DNA of 24,000 nt from an uncultured Rhizobiaceae bacterium (GCA_964437145.1 CAYTFW010000015.1:24115-48114); one strand, 5' to 3'; shown: positions 1 through 8,434, numbered from the stretch's first letter. Made by a program: numbers and translations. Notes: generated by a model from the sequence alone, not told the origin.

Positions 1-308
1 GGCGCCTCGAAAGCCTCGACGACCTCAAGGATTTCTACCGGAAGATCAAGGCCGAGGGACAGCCGATCGACCGTATCATCGACCACGGCATCTCGCTCGG
101 CATCTACATGCGCGACCCCGACGGCAACGGTGTCGAAGTGTTCTACGAGATGCCGCGCGCTGAATGGCCGGTCGACTACCACGTCTTCACCCGCGAGCAG
201 ACCGGCAGCGGTCGCTTCCCCGGCCCATGGGATGCCGAGATGGTCGGTAGCGGTACCCGTGTGACCAGCGCGGCCCAAGGCGAAAAGGGCCCTGAAAGGG
301 CCGCCTGA
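1..308 (+). CDS. VOC (glyoxalase/extradiol dioxygenase-like) family protein, C-terminal fragment; 5' end lies outside the window
   Basis: Frame 3 is open from the window edge to TGA 306-308. The translation ...IDHGISLGIYMRDPDGNGVEVFYE... resembles the last beta-alpha-beta module of vicinal-oxygen-chelate proteins. Third-position GC is high, as in neighbouring genes. Confidence 0.6.
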   Translation, partial: RLESLDDLKDFYRKIKAEGQPIDRIIDHGISLGIYMRDPDGNGVEVFYEMPRAEWPVDYHVFTREQTGSGRFPGPWDAEMVGSGTRVTSAAQGEKGPERAA

Positions 309-354
309 GGCCGGTTGCCCCCCCGTACCCGCTCTGATAGGTTCCGCGCGCTTT

Positions 355-386
355 CCGGGGGCGGCGTTCGCCCCCGGCCGTGTTTT
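355..386 (+). terminator. Stem-loop with T-tract between the VOC gene and efp (possible intrinsic terminator or efp leader structure)
   Basis: ccgggggcg-gcgtt-cgcccccgg is a perfect 9-bp GC stem with a 5-nt loop, followed by ccgtgtttt. It lies about 50 nt after the upstream stop. Confidence 0.4.
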
Positions 387-412
387 AGCCATCGAGCATC
401 GGTCCGACCGCC

Positions 413-982
413 ATGAAAGTGCCCATCAACACCATCCGCGCCGGCAACGTCATCGACGTCAACGGCCGCCTCTACGCCGCGATGAAGGTGCAGCACGTCA
501 ATCCCGGCAAGGGTGGCGCCTTCGTCACCCTGGAGGCGCGCGCGCTGAAGGAAGGCAACAAGCTGCAGGAGCGCTACCGCTCCGGCGAGACCGTCGAGCT
601 GGTGCGCATCGACGCGCACGACTGCACGTACCTTTACAAGGACGGCGACGGCTTCCACTTCATGAACAAGGATTCCTACGAGCAATTCACCATGACCGAG
701 GAGATGATCGGCGCCGAGCGCGCGCCGTTCCTCCAGGACGGCATGGAGGTGGTCGTCTCGATGCACGAGACCACGCCCGTGGGCATCGAGATCCCGAAGT
801 CGGTGACCTTGAAGATCGTCGAGGCCGACGCGGTGGTGAAGGGCCAGACGGCGTCGTCGTCCTACAAGCCGGCGGTGCTGGAGAACGGCGTGCGCGTCAT
901 GGTGCCGCCGCATGTCGGCGCCGGCACGCGCATCGTGGTCAACACCGAGACCGGCGAGTACATGGAACGCGCCAAGGATTGA
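413..982 (+). CDS. efp: Translation elongation factor P
   Basis: 189 aa. Full-length match by eye to EF-P: the NPGKGGAF loop carries the conserved tip lysine, followed by ...YLYKDGDGFHFMN..., ...VKGQTASSSYKPA... and a C-terminal OB domain. Confidence 0.95.
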   Translation: MKVPINTIRAGNVIDVNGRLYAAMKVQHVNPGKGGAFVTLEARALKEGNKLQERYRSGETVELVRIDAHDCTYLYKDGDGFHFMNKDSYEQFTMTEEMIGAERAPFLQDGMEVVVSMHETTPVGIEIPKSVTLKIVEADAVVKGQTASSSYKPAVLENGVRVMVPPHVGAGTRIVVNTETGEYMERAKD

Positions 983-995
983 CGGCCCTCGGGCC

Positions 996-1022
996 GTCAT
1001 CCCTCGCGTCGCTCGGGATGAC
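996..1022. repeat. Short hairpin gtcatccc-N11-gggatgac, a degenerate relative of the REP-C element at 15017-15083
   Basis: 8-bp inverted arms. The right half gctcgggatgac resembles gctcggaatgac at the REP-C end. It is preceded by another hairpin, gacggcc-ctcg-ggccgtc (981-998), directly after the efp stop. Confidence 0.45.
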
Positions 1023-1035
1023 AATTTGGTTTTCC

Positions 1036-1092
1036 TGGGACCGCCGGCGTCCCGCCGGCTCATAAGATGCCGGCGGGACGCCGGCGGTCCCA
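1036..1092. repeat. REP-A palindromic element, copy 1
   Basis: tgggaccgccggcgtcccgccggc - tcataagat - gccggcgggacgccggcggtccca has perfect ~24-bp arms. A near-identical element occurs at 6035-6094. Confidence 0.85.
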
Positions 1093-1111
1093 ATGAAGAG
1101 GAACGTTTGCG

Positions 1112-2023
1112 ATGACACGGCCACCGACCAAGGGCGGCGACCGGCCCGTGGCGCGTGTCGGGCGCGCGCCAAGCGGGCCGATCCGCGAGCGCTCCGCGCC
1201 TTTGCCGCGCGCCAGCCAGGCGCCGCGCTCGCCGCTGATGACCATCATGCAGCGCGCCGCCTTCGCCGCCGGCAAGGGGCTGAAGCGCGATTTCGGCGAG
1301 GTCGAGCACCTGCAGTTCAGCGAGAAGGGGCCGGGCGATTTCGTCAGCCACGCCGATCTGCGCGCCGAGCAGGTGCTGCGCGAGCATCTCCTGCACGGCC
1401 GGCCGAGCTTCGGCTTCCTCGGTGAGGAAGGCGGCGAGACTAAGGGCGCGGGCGAGTATCGCTGGATCGTCGATCCGCTCGACGGCACCACCAACTTCAT
1501 GCACGGCGTGCCGCATTTCGCCATCTCCATCGCGCTCGAGCGAGAGGGCGAGGTGGTCGCCGGCCTGGTCTACAACCCGGCCAACGATGACCTGTTCTAC
1601 GCCGAGAAGGGCTACGGCGCCTTCCTCGAGACGCCGTCCGCCCGCGGGCGCCGCCTGCGCGTCTCCGGCCGCCGCCAGCTCGGCAGCGCGCTCATGGCCA
1701 CCGGCATTCCCTTCCAGGAGAAGGGCGACCACGAACGCTTCACCGGGAGCCTGCGCGCCGTGATGGCCAAGACCTCCGGTGTGCGCCGTTTCGGCGCCGC
1801 AGCGCTCGATCTGTGCTGGGTGGCGGCGGCGCGCTTCGACGGCTTCTGGGAGTTCGACCTCTCGCCCTGGGATGTCGCGGCCGGCGCGCTGATCGTGCGT
1901 GAGGCCGGCGGCGTGATCTCCGACATCGCCGGCAGGCCCTACGCGCTGGGCGGCCCCACCATCCTCGCCATCAACCCGCTGTTGCGCGATCCCGTCGTCG
2001 AGCTGCTGGCGCCCTCGGCCTGA
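1112..2023 (+). CDS. suhB: Inositol monophosphatase family protein (SuhB-like)
   Basis: Carries the IMPase motifs WIVDPLDGTTNF and ...FGAAALDLCWVAAARFDGFWE.... AGAGGA lies about 9 nt upstream of ATG 1112, and GC3 stays high through the N-terminal extension. The homologous core begins near ...SPLMTIMQRAAFAAGK..., so TTG 1202 or ATG 1238 are alternative starts. Confidence 0.88.
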   Translation: MTRPPTKGGDRPVARVGRAPSGPIRERSAPLPRASQAPRSPLMTIMQRAAFAAGKGLKRDFGEVEHLQFSEKGPGDFVSHADLRAEQVLREHLLHGRPSFGFLGEEGGETKGAGEYRWIVDPLDGTTNFMHGVPHFAISIALEREGEVVAGLVYNPANDDLFYAEKGYGAFLETPSARGRRLRVSGRRQLGSALMATGIPFQEKGDHERFTGSLRAVMAKTSGVRRFGAAALDLCWVAAARFDGFWEFDLSPWDVAAGALIVREAGGVISDIAGRPYALGGPTILAINPLLRDPVVELLAPSA

Positions 2024-2139
2024 CGTGTTATCCCGCGCCACGCTCGGCAAACCAGGGGTCGCGGTTGAGACGCGATGGGCGACAGGGTAGTGTGGCGACC
2101 TCCGGGGCCAGTCGCCGTGATCCCCCGCGGCGGCTCAGC

Positions 2140-3393
2140 ATGGCGATCATCATGACCTCTCCGATCCTGGCGCAGCGTCGCGTCGTCCTGCCGCTTCTCG
2201 CAGGCCTCGCCATGGTGTCGCTGCCGGCGGCGGCCCAGCAGCAGCTCTACGGCGCACCCGGCTACGGCACGAGCATCGTCGGCGCCTACAACCCCTATAC
2301 CCAGGCCGGCCCCGGCCAGACCGCCGGACGCGCCTATGGCGCGGCGCCAGTGGCGCCGTATCCGCCGGCCTACCCGCCGGGTGGTCCGCGCGCGCCCGTC
2401 ACGGGCCCGGCGCCCGTCGGCCAGGTCGGCGCCTACAATCCATGGCGGCAGCAGCAGTCGGGCGGTGTTGCACCGCGTGGCGGCGCGCCGGGCTTCTACG
2501 CGCCGCCCGCCCCGCCCCCCGCGGCCGATCCCGGCGCCAGCCTGCCGCCGCCGCCCGGCGGGCCAATCCGCAGCCGCCTGCTGTCGATCCCCGAGACCGG
2601 CAATCCGGTGGGCGCGTCCAGCCCGTTCACCACCGTGCCTTACGTACCGCGCCGCTCCGGCGCCGCGCGGCCGCCAGCGCCGCCGCGCACGTCTGTGGCC
2701 GCCGCGCCGGCGCCGACCCAGGTCGCCAATGGCGGCGCGAGCGACAGTCCACCACCGGCGCCCACACCGACGCCGCGCATCGCCAATCCGCCAGCCTCCA
2801 CCAAGCCGACGCCGGCCGTGATCGTCGAGCGCCCGACCAAGACCGCCGCCGCGAAGCCTGCGCCGGCGCCCGCACCTGTGGTCGAGCCGAAACCGGCGCC
2901 CACCGCCCCGGTCGCAGCCACAGCACCAGCCGAGCCACCCAAGCCGGCCCCGCCGCCAGCGCCTGTCGCCGCCCGGCCGCCCGAAGCGCCGAAGCCTGCG
3001 CCGGCCGCCGCCGCCGTCGTCGAGCGGCCGACCCAGACCGCGGCCGCGATCCCGCCGGCCCCGGCTCCGGTCAAGCCGGCGGCCGCTGGTGCGACCCGTA
3101 TCACCTTCGAGGCCGACTCGCCCGCGCTCTCGGCCGAGGCGCGCGCCGCGCTCGACCGGCTGGCCGCCGATCTGATCGCCAACCCCGCGCGCAAGACGAC
3201 GCTCAAGGCCTACAGCGCTGGCGGCGGCGGTCCCGAGACGCGGCGCCTGTCGCTGGCGCGCGGGCTGGCGGTGCGCGCCTACCTGATCGACAAGGGCGTG
3301 GCGCGCGAACGGCTCGACGTGCAGGCCCTGGGCGCCTCGGCCGATGGCGGCCCGGCCGACCGGGTCGACGCCATCAACGGCGCCGGCACATGA
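2140..3393 (+). CDS. Secreted proline/alanine-rich protein with C-terminal OmpA-like peptidoglycan-binding domain
   Basis: Signal peptide MAIIMTSPILAQRRVVLPLLAGLAMVSLPAAA/QQ, then a ~300-aa P/A-rich low-complexity region. The C-terminus ...RITFEADSPALS...LKAYSAGGG...RRLSLARGLAVRAYLIDKGVARERLDVQALG is OmpA_C-like. The upstream TTG 2065 extension has low GC3, so ATG 2140 is preferred. Confidence 0.8.
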   Translation: MAIIMTSPILAQRRVVLPLLAGLAMVSLPAAAQQQLYGAPGYGTSIVGAYNPYTQAGPGQTAGRAYGAAPVAPYPPAYPPGGPRAPVTGPAPVGQVGAYNPWRQQQSGGVAPRGGAPGFYAPPAPPPAADPGASLPPPPGGPIRSRLLSIPETGNPVGASSPFTTVPYVPRRSGAARPPAPPRTSVAAAPAPTQVANGGASDSPPPAPTPTPRIANPPASTKPTPAVIVERPTKTAAAKPAPAPAPVVEPKPAPTAPVAATAPAEPPKPAPPPAPVAARPPEAPKPAPAAAAVVERPTQTAAAIPPAPAPVKPAAAGATRITFEADSPALSAEARAALDRLAADLIANPARKTTLKAYSAGGGGPETRRLSLARGLAVRAYLIDKGVARERLDVQALGASADGGPADRVDAINGAGT

Positions 3394-3465
3394 TGTCGCC
3401 ACACCATCCGCCTATACCCCGGTGAGCCGCGTCGCGAGGCCCGGCCTCCGGTCCCCAGGAATCCT

Positions 3466-4623
3466 GTGATGACGCGCCCCCGCGGCTATCTCCTGCGCAT
3501 ACTCGTCTTCCTGCTCGCCGTCGGCGCGGGCGCCTGGCTGCTGCGCGTCGAGCTGATCCGCATCTTCCAGCACAACATGCTGCTCAACGGCGCCATACTG
3601 TTGGTGCTGGTGCTGGGCATCCTCTACATCGTGCGCCAGGTCTGGATGCTGGGGCCCGAAGTTCGCTGGCTCGAGAGCATCCAGCGCGATGAGGTTCCCG
3701 CCACCGACGGCTCCGACCTGCGCCTCTTGGCGCCGATGGCGGCGATGCTGCGCGAGCGCGCCGACCGGCGCCTGGCGCTGTCGCCCGTCGCCATGCGTTC
3801 GATGCTCGAGGGCATCGGCGCGCGTCTTGACGAATCGCGCGAGACATCGCGCTACGCCATCGGCCTGCTGATCTTCCTCGGCCTGCTCGGCACCTTCTGG
3901 GGCCTGCTCGAGACCGTGAGCTCGGTCGGCGAGGCGATCGCCAACCTGCAGGTCTCCAGCGGCGACGCGGCGCAGATGTTCGCGCGCCTGAAGGCCGGCA
4001 TCGAAGGACCGCTGCGCGGCATGGGCACGGCCTTCGGCGCCTCGCTGTTCGGCCTCTCCGGCTCGCTGGTGCTGGGCTTCCTCGAATTGCAGGCCGGCCA
4101 GGCCAACAATCGCTTCTTCCGCGAGCTCGAGGACTGGCTCTCGACGCATACCCGCGTCGGCGGCGGCACGCTGTCGGTCGACGGCGACGCCACGATCCCG
4201 GCCTATGTCGAGGCGCTGCTCGAGCAGAGCGCGGAGAACATCGACAAGCTGCAGCGCACGCTGCTGCGCTCCGAGGAGAATCGCGAGAACACCGGCGCCG
4301 CCGTCACCCAGCTCATCGAGCGGCTCTCGACCTTGTCGGAGACCCTGCGGCAGCAACAGCAGTTGCTGGCGCGGCTCGCCGAGAACGCCGTCGAGTTGCG
4401 CGGCTTGACCACCAAGCTCGCCGAGCAGTCGCTGGCGCAGGCGGCCGACGATCCGACCCGCGCGCATCTGCGCAATCTCGAGGCCTATATGGCGCGTCTG
4501 CTCGAGGAGACGGTACGGGGACGCACGGCGCTGGCCGACGAGCTGCGCGGCGAGTTCAAGCTGCTGGCGCGCACCTTGGCCTCGACGCGCGGCGGCGCGG
4601 CGCCGCCGGCCGACAGGGCCTGA
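3466..4623 (+). CDS. MotA/TolQ/ExbB proton-channel family protein with a ~170-aa C-terminal coiled-coil tail
   Basis: Four predicted TM segments. Family motifs are FLGLLGTFWGLLET and GMGTAFGASLFGLSGSLVLGFL. The C-terminal part (about nt 4110-4620) is heptad-like and rich in L, E, Q and R. The start is GTG 3466 or ATG 3469, with AGGA upstream. Confidence 0.8.
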   Translation: MMTRPRGYLLRILVFLLAVGAGAWLLRVELIRIFQHNMLLNGAILLVLVLGILYIVRQVWMLGPEVRWLESIQRDEVPATDGSDLRLLAPMAAMLRERADRRLALSPVAMRSMLEGIGARLDESRETSRYAIGLLIFLGLLGTFWGLLETVSSVGEAIANLQVSSGDAAQMFARLKAGIEGPLRGMGTAFGASLFGLSGSLVLGFLELQAGQANNRFFRELEDWLSTHTRVGGGTLSVDGDATIPAYVEALLEQSAENIDKLQRTLLRSEENRENTGAAVTQLIERLSTLSETLRQQQQLLARLAENAVELRGLTTKLAEQSLAQAADDPTRAHLRNLEAYMARLLEETVRGRTALADELRGEFKLLARTLASTRGGAAPPADRA

Positions 4624-4629
4624 GCCGCC

Positions 4630-6033
4630 ATGGCCAGCATCGCCGGCCGTCGCCGCGGTAGCGCCCACGCCGACTACACCTGGCCGGGCTATGTCGACGC
4701 GCTGGCCAGCCTGCTGATGGCCTTCGTCTTCCTGCTGTCGTTCTACGCCGTGGGCCAGATGGCGCTGAGCTCGGCGGTGTCGGACCGCGACAGCGCCATC
4801 GACAAGCTCAACGCTCAGCTCGCCGCGCTGGGCGACGTGCTGAACGTCGAGCGCGCGAAATCCGCCGATCTCGATCGCCGCCTGAGCGCCCTGGGCACGC
4901 AGCTGCGCGACGCCACGACGGCGCGCGACCAGCTGGCGGGCCGATTGCGCGACGCCGAGGCGCGCATCGCCGCGCTGGGCCGCGAGCGCGACCAGCTGCA
5001 GGGCCAGCTCGCCGGCGTGATCCGCGAACGCGATCAGCTGCAGTCGAGCGTCGAGGGCTTCGTGCGCGAGCGCGACGCGGCGAGCGCCGCGGCGGCCAAG
5101 ACCCAGCGCGACCTCGACGAGCTGCAGCGGCGCGCCGCCGGCATGACCAGCGAGCGCGACAGGCTGGCGGCCGAGCTGGCCAAGCTGCTGGAGGAGCGCG
5201 AGCGGCTCGCCGGCCGGCTGAAGGATGTCGAGGATCGCGCCAAGGCCCAGCTGGTCGACGACAAGAAGATGGCCGACGCGCTGAAGGCGGAGATCGAACG
5301 CCAGCGCCTGGAGCTCACGCGCCTGTCGGCGGCGATGGCGGCGGCCAACGACGAGAAGGGCAAGCTGTGGGATGACCTGACCGTCGAGCAGAAGCTCAGC
5401 GCCGAGCAGAAGGCGGCCGTCGTGCGGCTGACCGCCGAGATCGCCGCGATCAAGAAGGAGATGGCCCGGCTGGGCGATCTGCTCGACATCAAGGATCGTC
5501 AGCTCAAGGACCAGAGCGCGCAGATCGTCGATCTCGGCACGCGGCTCAATCGGGCGCTGGCCAGCAAGGTCGAGGAGCTGTCGCGCTATCGCTCGGAGTT
5601 CTTCGGCAAGCTGCGCGAGGCGCTGGCGGGGCGCGGCGACGTCACCGTGGTGGGCGACCGCTTCGTCTTCCAGTCCGAGGTGCTGTTCGATCCCGCCCAG
5701 GCGGCGCTGCGCGAGGAAGGCGAGCGCCAGCTGGTCGACCTCGCCCAACGCCTGCGCGACATCGCCCAGCGCATCCCGCCGGATGTCGACTGGGTGCTGC
5801 AGGTCGACGGCCACACCGACGTGATCCCGATCAACACGCCGCAATTCCGCTCCAACTGGGAGCTGTCGACCGCGCGCGCCATCGCCGTCGTGAAGGTGCT
5901 GGAAGCCGCCGGCCTGCCGCCCAACCGCCTGGTCGCCGCCGGCCACGCCGAGCACAAGCCGCTGGTCGCCGGCACCGACCCCGCCAGCCGGGCGAAGAAC
6001 CGCAGGATCGAGCTGAAGTTGACGTCGCGTTAG
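4630..6033 (+). CDS. MotB-like protein: N-terminal plug/TM with conserved Asp, long coiled coil, C-terminal OmpA/MotB peptidoglycan-binding domain
   Basis: N-terminus YTWPGYVDALASLLMAFVFLL is MotB-like, with Asp23 at nt 4696-4698. About 250 aa of repeat-rich coiled coil follow (RERDQLQ-type units). The C-terminus ...VDGHTDVIPINTPQFRSNWELSTARAIAVVKVL...NRRIELKL is OmpA_C. The start lies 6 nt after the upstream stop, suggesting an operon. Confidence 0.8.
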   Translation: MASIAGRRRGSAHADYTWPGYVDALASLLMAFVFLLSFYAVGQMALSSAVSDRDSAIDKLNAQLAALGDVLNVERAKSADLDRRLSALGTQLRDATTARDQLAGRLRDAEARIAALGRERDQLQGQLAGVIRERDQLQSSVEGFVRERDAASAAAAKTQRDLDELQRRAAGMTSERDRLAAELAKLLEERERLAGRLKDVEDRAKAQLVDDKKMADALKAEIERQRLELTRLSAAMAAANDEKGKLWDDLTVEQKLSAEQKAAVVRLTAEIAAIKKEMARLGDLLDIKDRQLKDQSAQIVDLGTRLNRALASKVEELSRYRSEFFGKLREALAGRGDVTVVGDRFVFQSEVLFDPAQAALREEGERQLVDLAQRLRDIAQRIPPDVDWVLQVDGHTDVIPINTPQFRSNWELSTARAIAVVKVLEAAGLPPNRLVAAGHAEHKPLVAGTDPASRAKNRRIELKLTSR

Positions 6034-6034
6034 C

Positions 6035-6094
6035 TGGGACCGCCGGCGTCTCGCCGGCTCTTTTCATGATGCCGGCGAGACGCCGGCGGTCCCA
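6035..6094. repeat. REP-A palindromic element, copy 2
   Basis: tgggaccgccggcgtctcgccggc - tcttttcatgat - gccggcgagacgccggcggtccca. The arms differ from copy 1 by one compensated position (c/t with g/a). It sits between convergent genes. Confidence 0.85.
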
Positions 6095-6505
6095 TCAAGA
6101 CGGCAACAACACCATCTGCGTCTGCGTGGTCTGCGTCAGCATGCGGCCACCCTCGTCGTAGAGTCTTGTCTGCCACACGCTGGTGCGACGCCCGGCGTGC
6201 AGGCGCTCGCATACGGCGCGCACCTTGCCCGCCTTGCAGCCGGCGAAGAAGTTGGTCTTGGACTCGAGCGTCGTCGTGCCGGCGCCCTCGGGCAGGTTGA
6301 GCACGGCGCCCATCGCGCCCACGGTATCGGCCACCGCCATCAACGTGCCGCCGTGGATCGTGCCGCCGAGCGTGGTGAGCTCGGGCTTCACCGTGAACTC
6401 GCCGACGACGCGCTCGGGCGACGCCTCGACGACCACGAGTCCCAAGGTCGTGGCCAGCGTGCCCGTCATGCGGGCGTTGAGGTCGGCGGCGGTCATAGCG
6501 GGCAT
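6095..6505 (-). CDS. PaaI-family hotdog-fold thioesterase
   Basis: 136 aa starting MPAMTAADLN. The ...LGGTIHGGTLMAVADTVGA... motif is typical of PaaI/YigI thioesterases. AGAGGA lies 6 nt upstream of the ATG at 6505. The remainder of track ORF 6095..7615 overlaps the ABC gene out of frame. Confidence 0.85.
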   Translation of the reverse strand: MPAMTAADLNARMTGTLATTLGLVVVEASPERVVGEFTVKPELTTLGGTIHGGTLMAVADTVGAMGAVLNLPEGAGTTTLESKTNFFAGCKAGKVRAVCERLHAGRRTSVWQTRLYDEGGRMLTQTTQTQMVLLPS

Positions 6506-6582
6506 GGCGGTCCTCTGCGGTTGAGGGCGCAGATGACCACGTCGGGCGAGGGTCGCACAATTACTTCCGAGGTTATTCGCCG

Positions 6583-6642
6583 TTCGGGCCGCGTCGCTCC
6601 AGCGACGCATCATGAGGCGCCGCTGGAGCGACGCGGCCCGAA
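6583..6642. repeat. REP-B palindromic element, copy 1
   Basis: ttcgggccgcgtcgctccagcg - N16 - cgctggagcgacgcggcccgaa has ~22-bp arms. It shares the core GGGCCGCGyCGCTCCAGCGrCGC with 12004-12070. Confidence 0.8.
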
Positions 6643-6648
6643 GAAAAA

Positions 6649-8427
6649 CTACTCCGCGGCGCGGTCGAATTGCAGCTCGGCCAGGCGGGCGTAGAGGCCG
6701 CCGCGGGCGGCGAGCTCGCGATGGGTGCCCATGTCGACGACGCGGCCGTTTTCCATCACGGCGATGCGGTCGGCTTTCAGCACCGTGGCGAGACGATGCG
6801 CCACGATCAGCGTGGTGCGCTGCCTGGTCAGGCGATCGAGCGCGGTCTGCACCGCGAGCTCGTTCTCGGCGTCGAGCGAGCTGGTCGCCTCGTCGAGCAG
6901 CAGGATGGCGGGATCGCGCAGGATGGCGCGCGCGATGGCGACGCGCTGGCGCTGCCCGCCCGACAGGCGCACGCCGCGTTCGCCGAGGAAGGTGTCGTAG
7001 CCCTGCGGCAGCTTTTCCAGGAACGACGCGGCCTGCGCCGCCTCGGCCGCCGCGCGCACCTCGGCGTCGCTGGCCTCGGGCCGGCCGTAGCGGATGTTCT
7101 CGAGCGCGCTGGCCGAGAACAGCACCGGCTCCTGCGGCACGATGGCGAGGCGTGAGCGCAGGTCGCTGCGCGTGACCGTGCGGATATCCGCGCCGTCGAC
7201 GCGGATCGCGCCGGTCTGCGGGTCGTAGAAGCGCAGCAGCAGGCTGAACACCGTGGTCTTGCCGGCGCCCGAGGGACCGACCAGCGCCACCGTCTCGCCC
7301 GGCGCGATGTCGAGCGAGAAGCCGTGCAGCGCCGAGGTCTCGGGCCGCGCCGGATAGCGGAAGGTGACATCGCCGAACGACACCGCGCCGCGCGCCGGCG
7401 CCGGCAGCGGCACGGGCGTGACAGGGTCCTCGACCGGCGAGCGTTCGGCGAGCAGCTCGGCGATGCGTTCGGCGGCGCCGGCGGCGCGCTGCAGATCGCC
7501 GATCACCTCGGAGATCGCGCCGGCCGAGGCGGCGACGACGACGGCGTAGAACACGAAGGCCGAGAGGTCGCCGGCGCTGATGCGGCCGGAGAGCACATCG
7601 TGGCCGCCGATCCACAGCAGCACGCCGACGGCGCCAAAGACCAGGAAGATCACGATCGAGGTCAAGGTCGCGCGCTGCAGGATGCGCGTGCGCGCCGTGC
7701 CGAAGGACGCCTCGACCAGCTCGGTGAAGCGCGAGGTCTCGCGTCGCTCATGGGCGAAGGCCTGCACCGTGCGCACCGCATCGACGCGCTCGCCGGCGAA
7801 GGACAGCAGGTCGGCGATGCGCTCCTGGCTCAGCCTGGACAGCCGCCGCACGCGCCGTCCGAGCACGATGATCGGCACCACCGCCAACGGTACGACCAGC
7901 AGCGCTAGCGCCGTCAGACGCGGGCTGGTGACCAGCAGCATGGCCAGACCACCGACGAACATCAGCGAATTGCGGATCGCCACCGAGACGGTCGAGCCCA
8001 CCACCTGGTCGATCAGGGTGGTGTCCGACGACAGCCGGCTCATCACGTCGCCGGTGCGCGCGGTCTCGAACCAGGCCGGGCTAAGCCGCACGATATGGGC
8101 GAAGGCGGCCTTGCGGATATCGGCGACGACGCGCTCGCCGAGCCATGAGACGAAGTAGAAGCGCGCGGCGGAGGCGATCGCCAGCACGACGACGGCGGCC
8201 AGCAGCGAGGCCAGCGCGTAGTCGAGCACCTCGGGCCGGCCGGCGGCGAAGCCGCGATCGATCAGCGCGCGCAGGCAGGCGCCGAAGGCCAGCACCGTGG
8301 TGGCGGCGACGAACAGCGCCACCAGCGCGCAGACCACGCGCCCGCGATAGGGACGCAGGAACGGCCACAGGAAGCGCAGCGGCTTCAGGTCGCGCCGTGC
8401 GGGCGCCGGGGTCGCCGGATCGGCCAT
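6649..8427 (-). CDS. ABC exporter, fused transmembrane and ATP-binding domains (ABCB/MsbA/Atm1-like half transporter)
   Basis: 592 aa. The N-terminal half has six-helix TMD features. Walker A is GPSGAGKTT, the signature is LSGGQRQR and Walker B is ILLLDEATSSLD. Confidence 0.9.
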   Translation of the reverse strand: MADPATPAPARRDLKPLRFLWPFLRPYRGRVVCALVALFVAATTVLAFGACLRALIDRGFAAGRPEVLDYALASLLAAVVVLAIASAARFYFVSWLGERVVADIRKAAFAHIVRLSPAWFETARTGDVMSRLSSDTTLIDQVVGSTVSVAIRNSLMFVGGLAMLLVTSPRLTALALLVVPLAVVPIIVLGRRVRRLSRLSQERIADLLSFAGERVDAVRTVQAFAHERRETSRFTELVEASFGTARTRILQRATLTSIVIFLVFGAVGVLLWIGGHDVLSGRISAGDLSAFVFYAVVVAASAGAISEVIGDLQRAAGAAERIAELLAERSPVEDPVTPVPLPAPARGAVSFGDVTFRYPARPETSALHGFSLDIAPGETVALVGPSGAGKTTVFSLLLRFYDPQTGAIRVDGADIRTVTRSDLRSRLAIVPQEPVLFSASALENIRYGRPEASDAEVRAAAEAAQAASFLEKLPQGYDTFLGERGVRLSGGQRQRVAIARAILRDPAILLLDEATSSLDAENELAVQTALDRLTRQRTTLIVAHRLATVLKADRIAVMENGRVVDMGTHRELAARGGLYARLAELQFDRAAE

Positions 8428-8434
8428 CGTACGA

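Noticed and set aside
2065-2139. TTG-initiated extension of the OmpA-like protein
   Set aside because: The extension has low GC3. The signal peptide begins at Met 2140, so the extension would bury it.
176-5955. Very long minus-strand ORFs (176..2050 at 624 aa, 1939..3402 at 487 aa, 3412..5955 at 847 aa) antisense to efp, suhB, and the ompA-like and motAB-like genes
   Set aside because: Their translations are Arg/Gly/Ala/Pro-rich low complexity with no recognisable motifs. The opposite strand encodes clearly recognisable proteins. This is a typical stop-codon-poor antisense artefact in ~70% GC DNA.
2140-6033. MotA/MotB-like pair as a Zorya anti-phage system
   Set aside because: No ZorC/ZorD-like (or ZorE/F/G) genes follow. 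The A subunit tail is far shorter than I recall for ZorA, and the long coiled coil is on the B subunit. The context (efp, suhB, uniform high GC) looks core rather than like a defence island. It is kept as an unexplained stator-like module instead.
6506-7615. Upstream 370 codons of track ORF 6095..7615 fused to the thioesterase
   Set aside because: It runs out of frame through the REP-B element and the ABC exporter gene and is an R/A/G-rich translation. The thioesterase has its own ATG and AGAGGA RBS at 6505.
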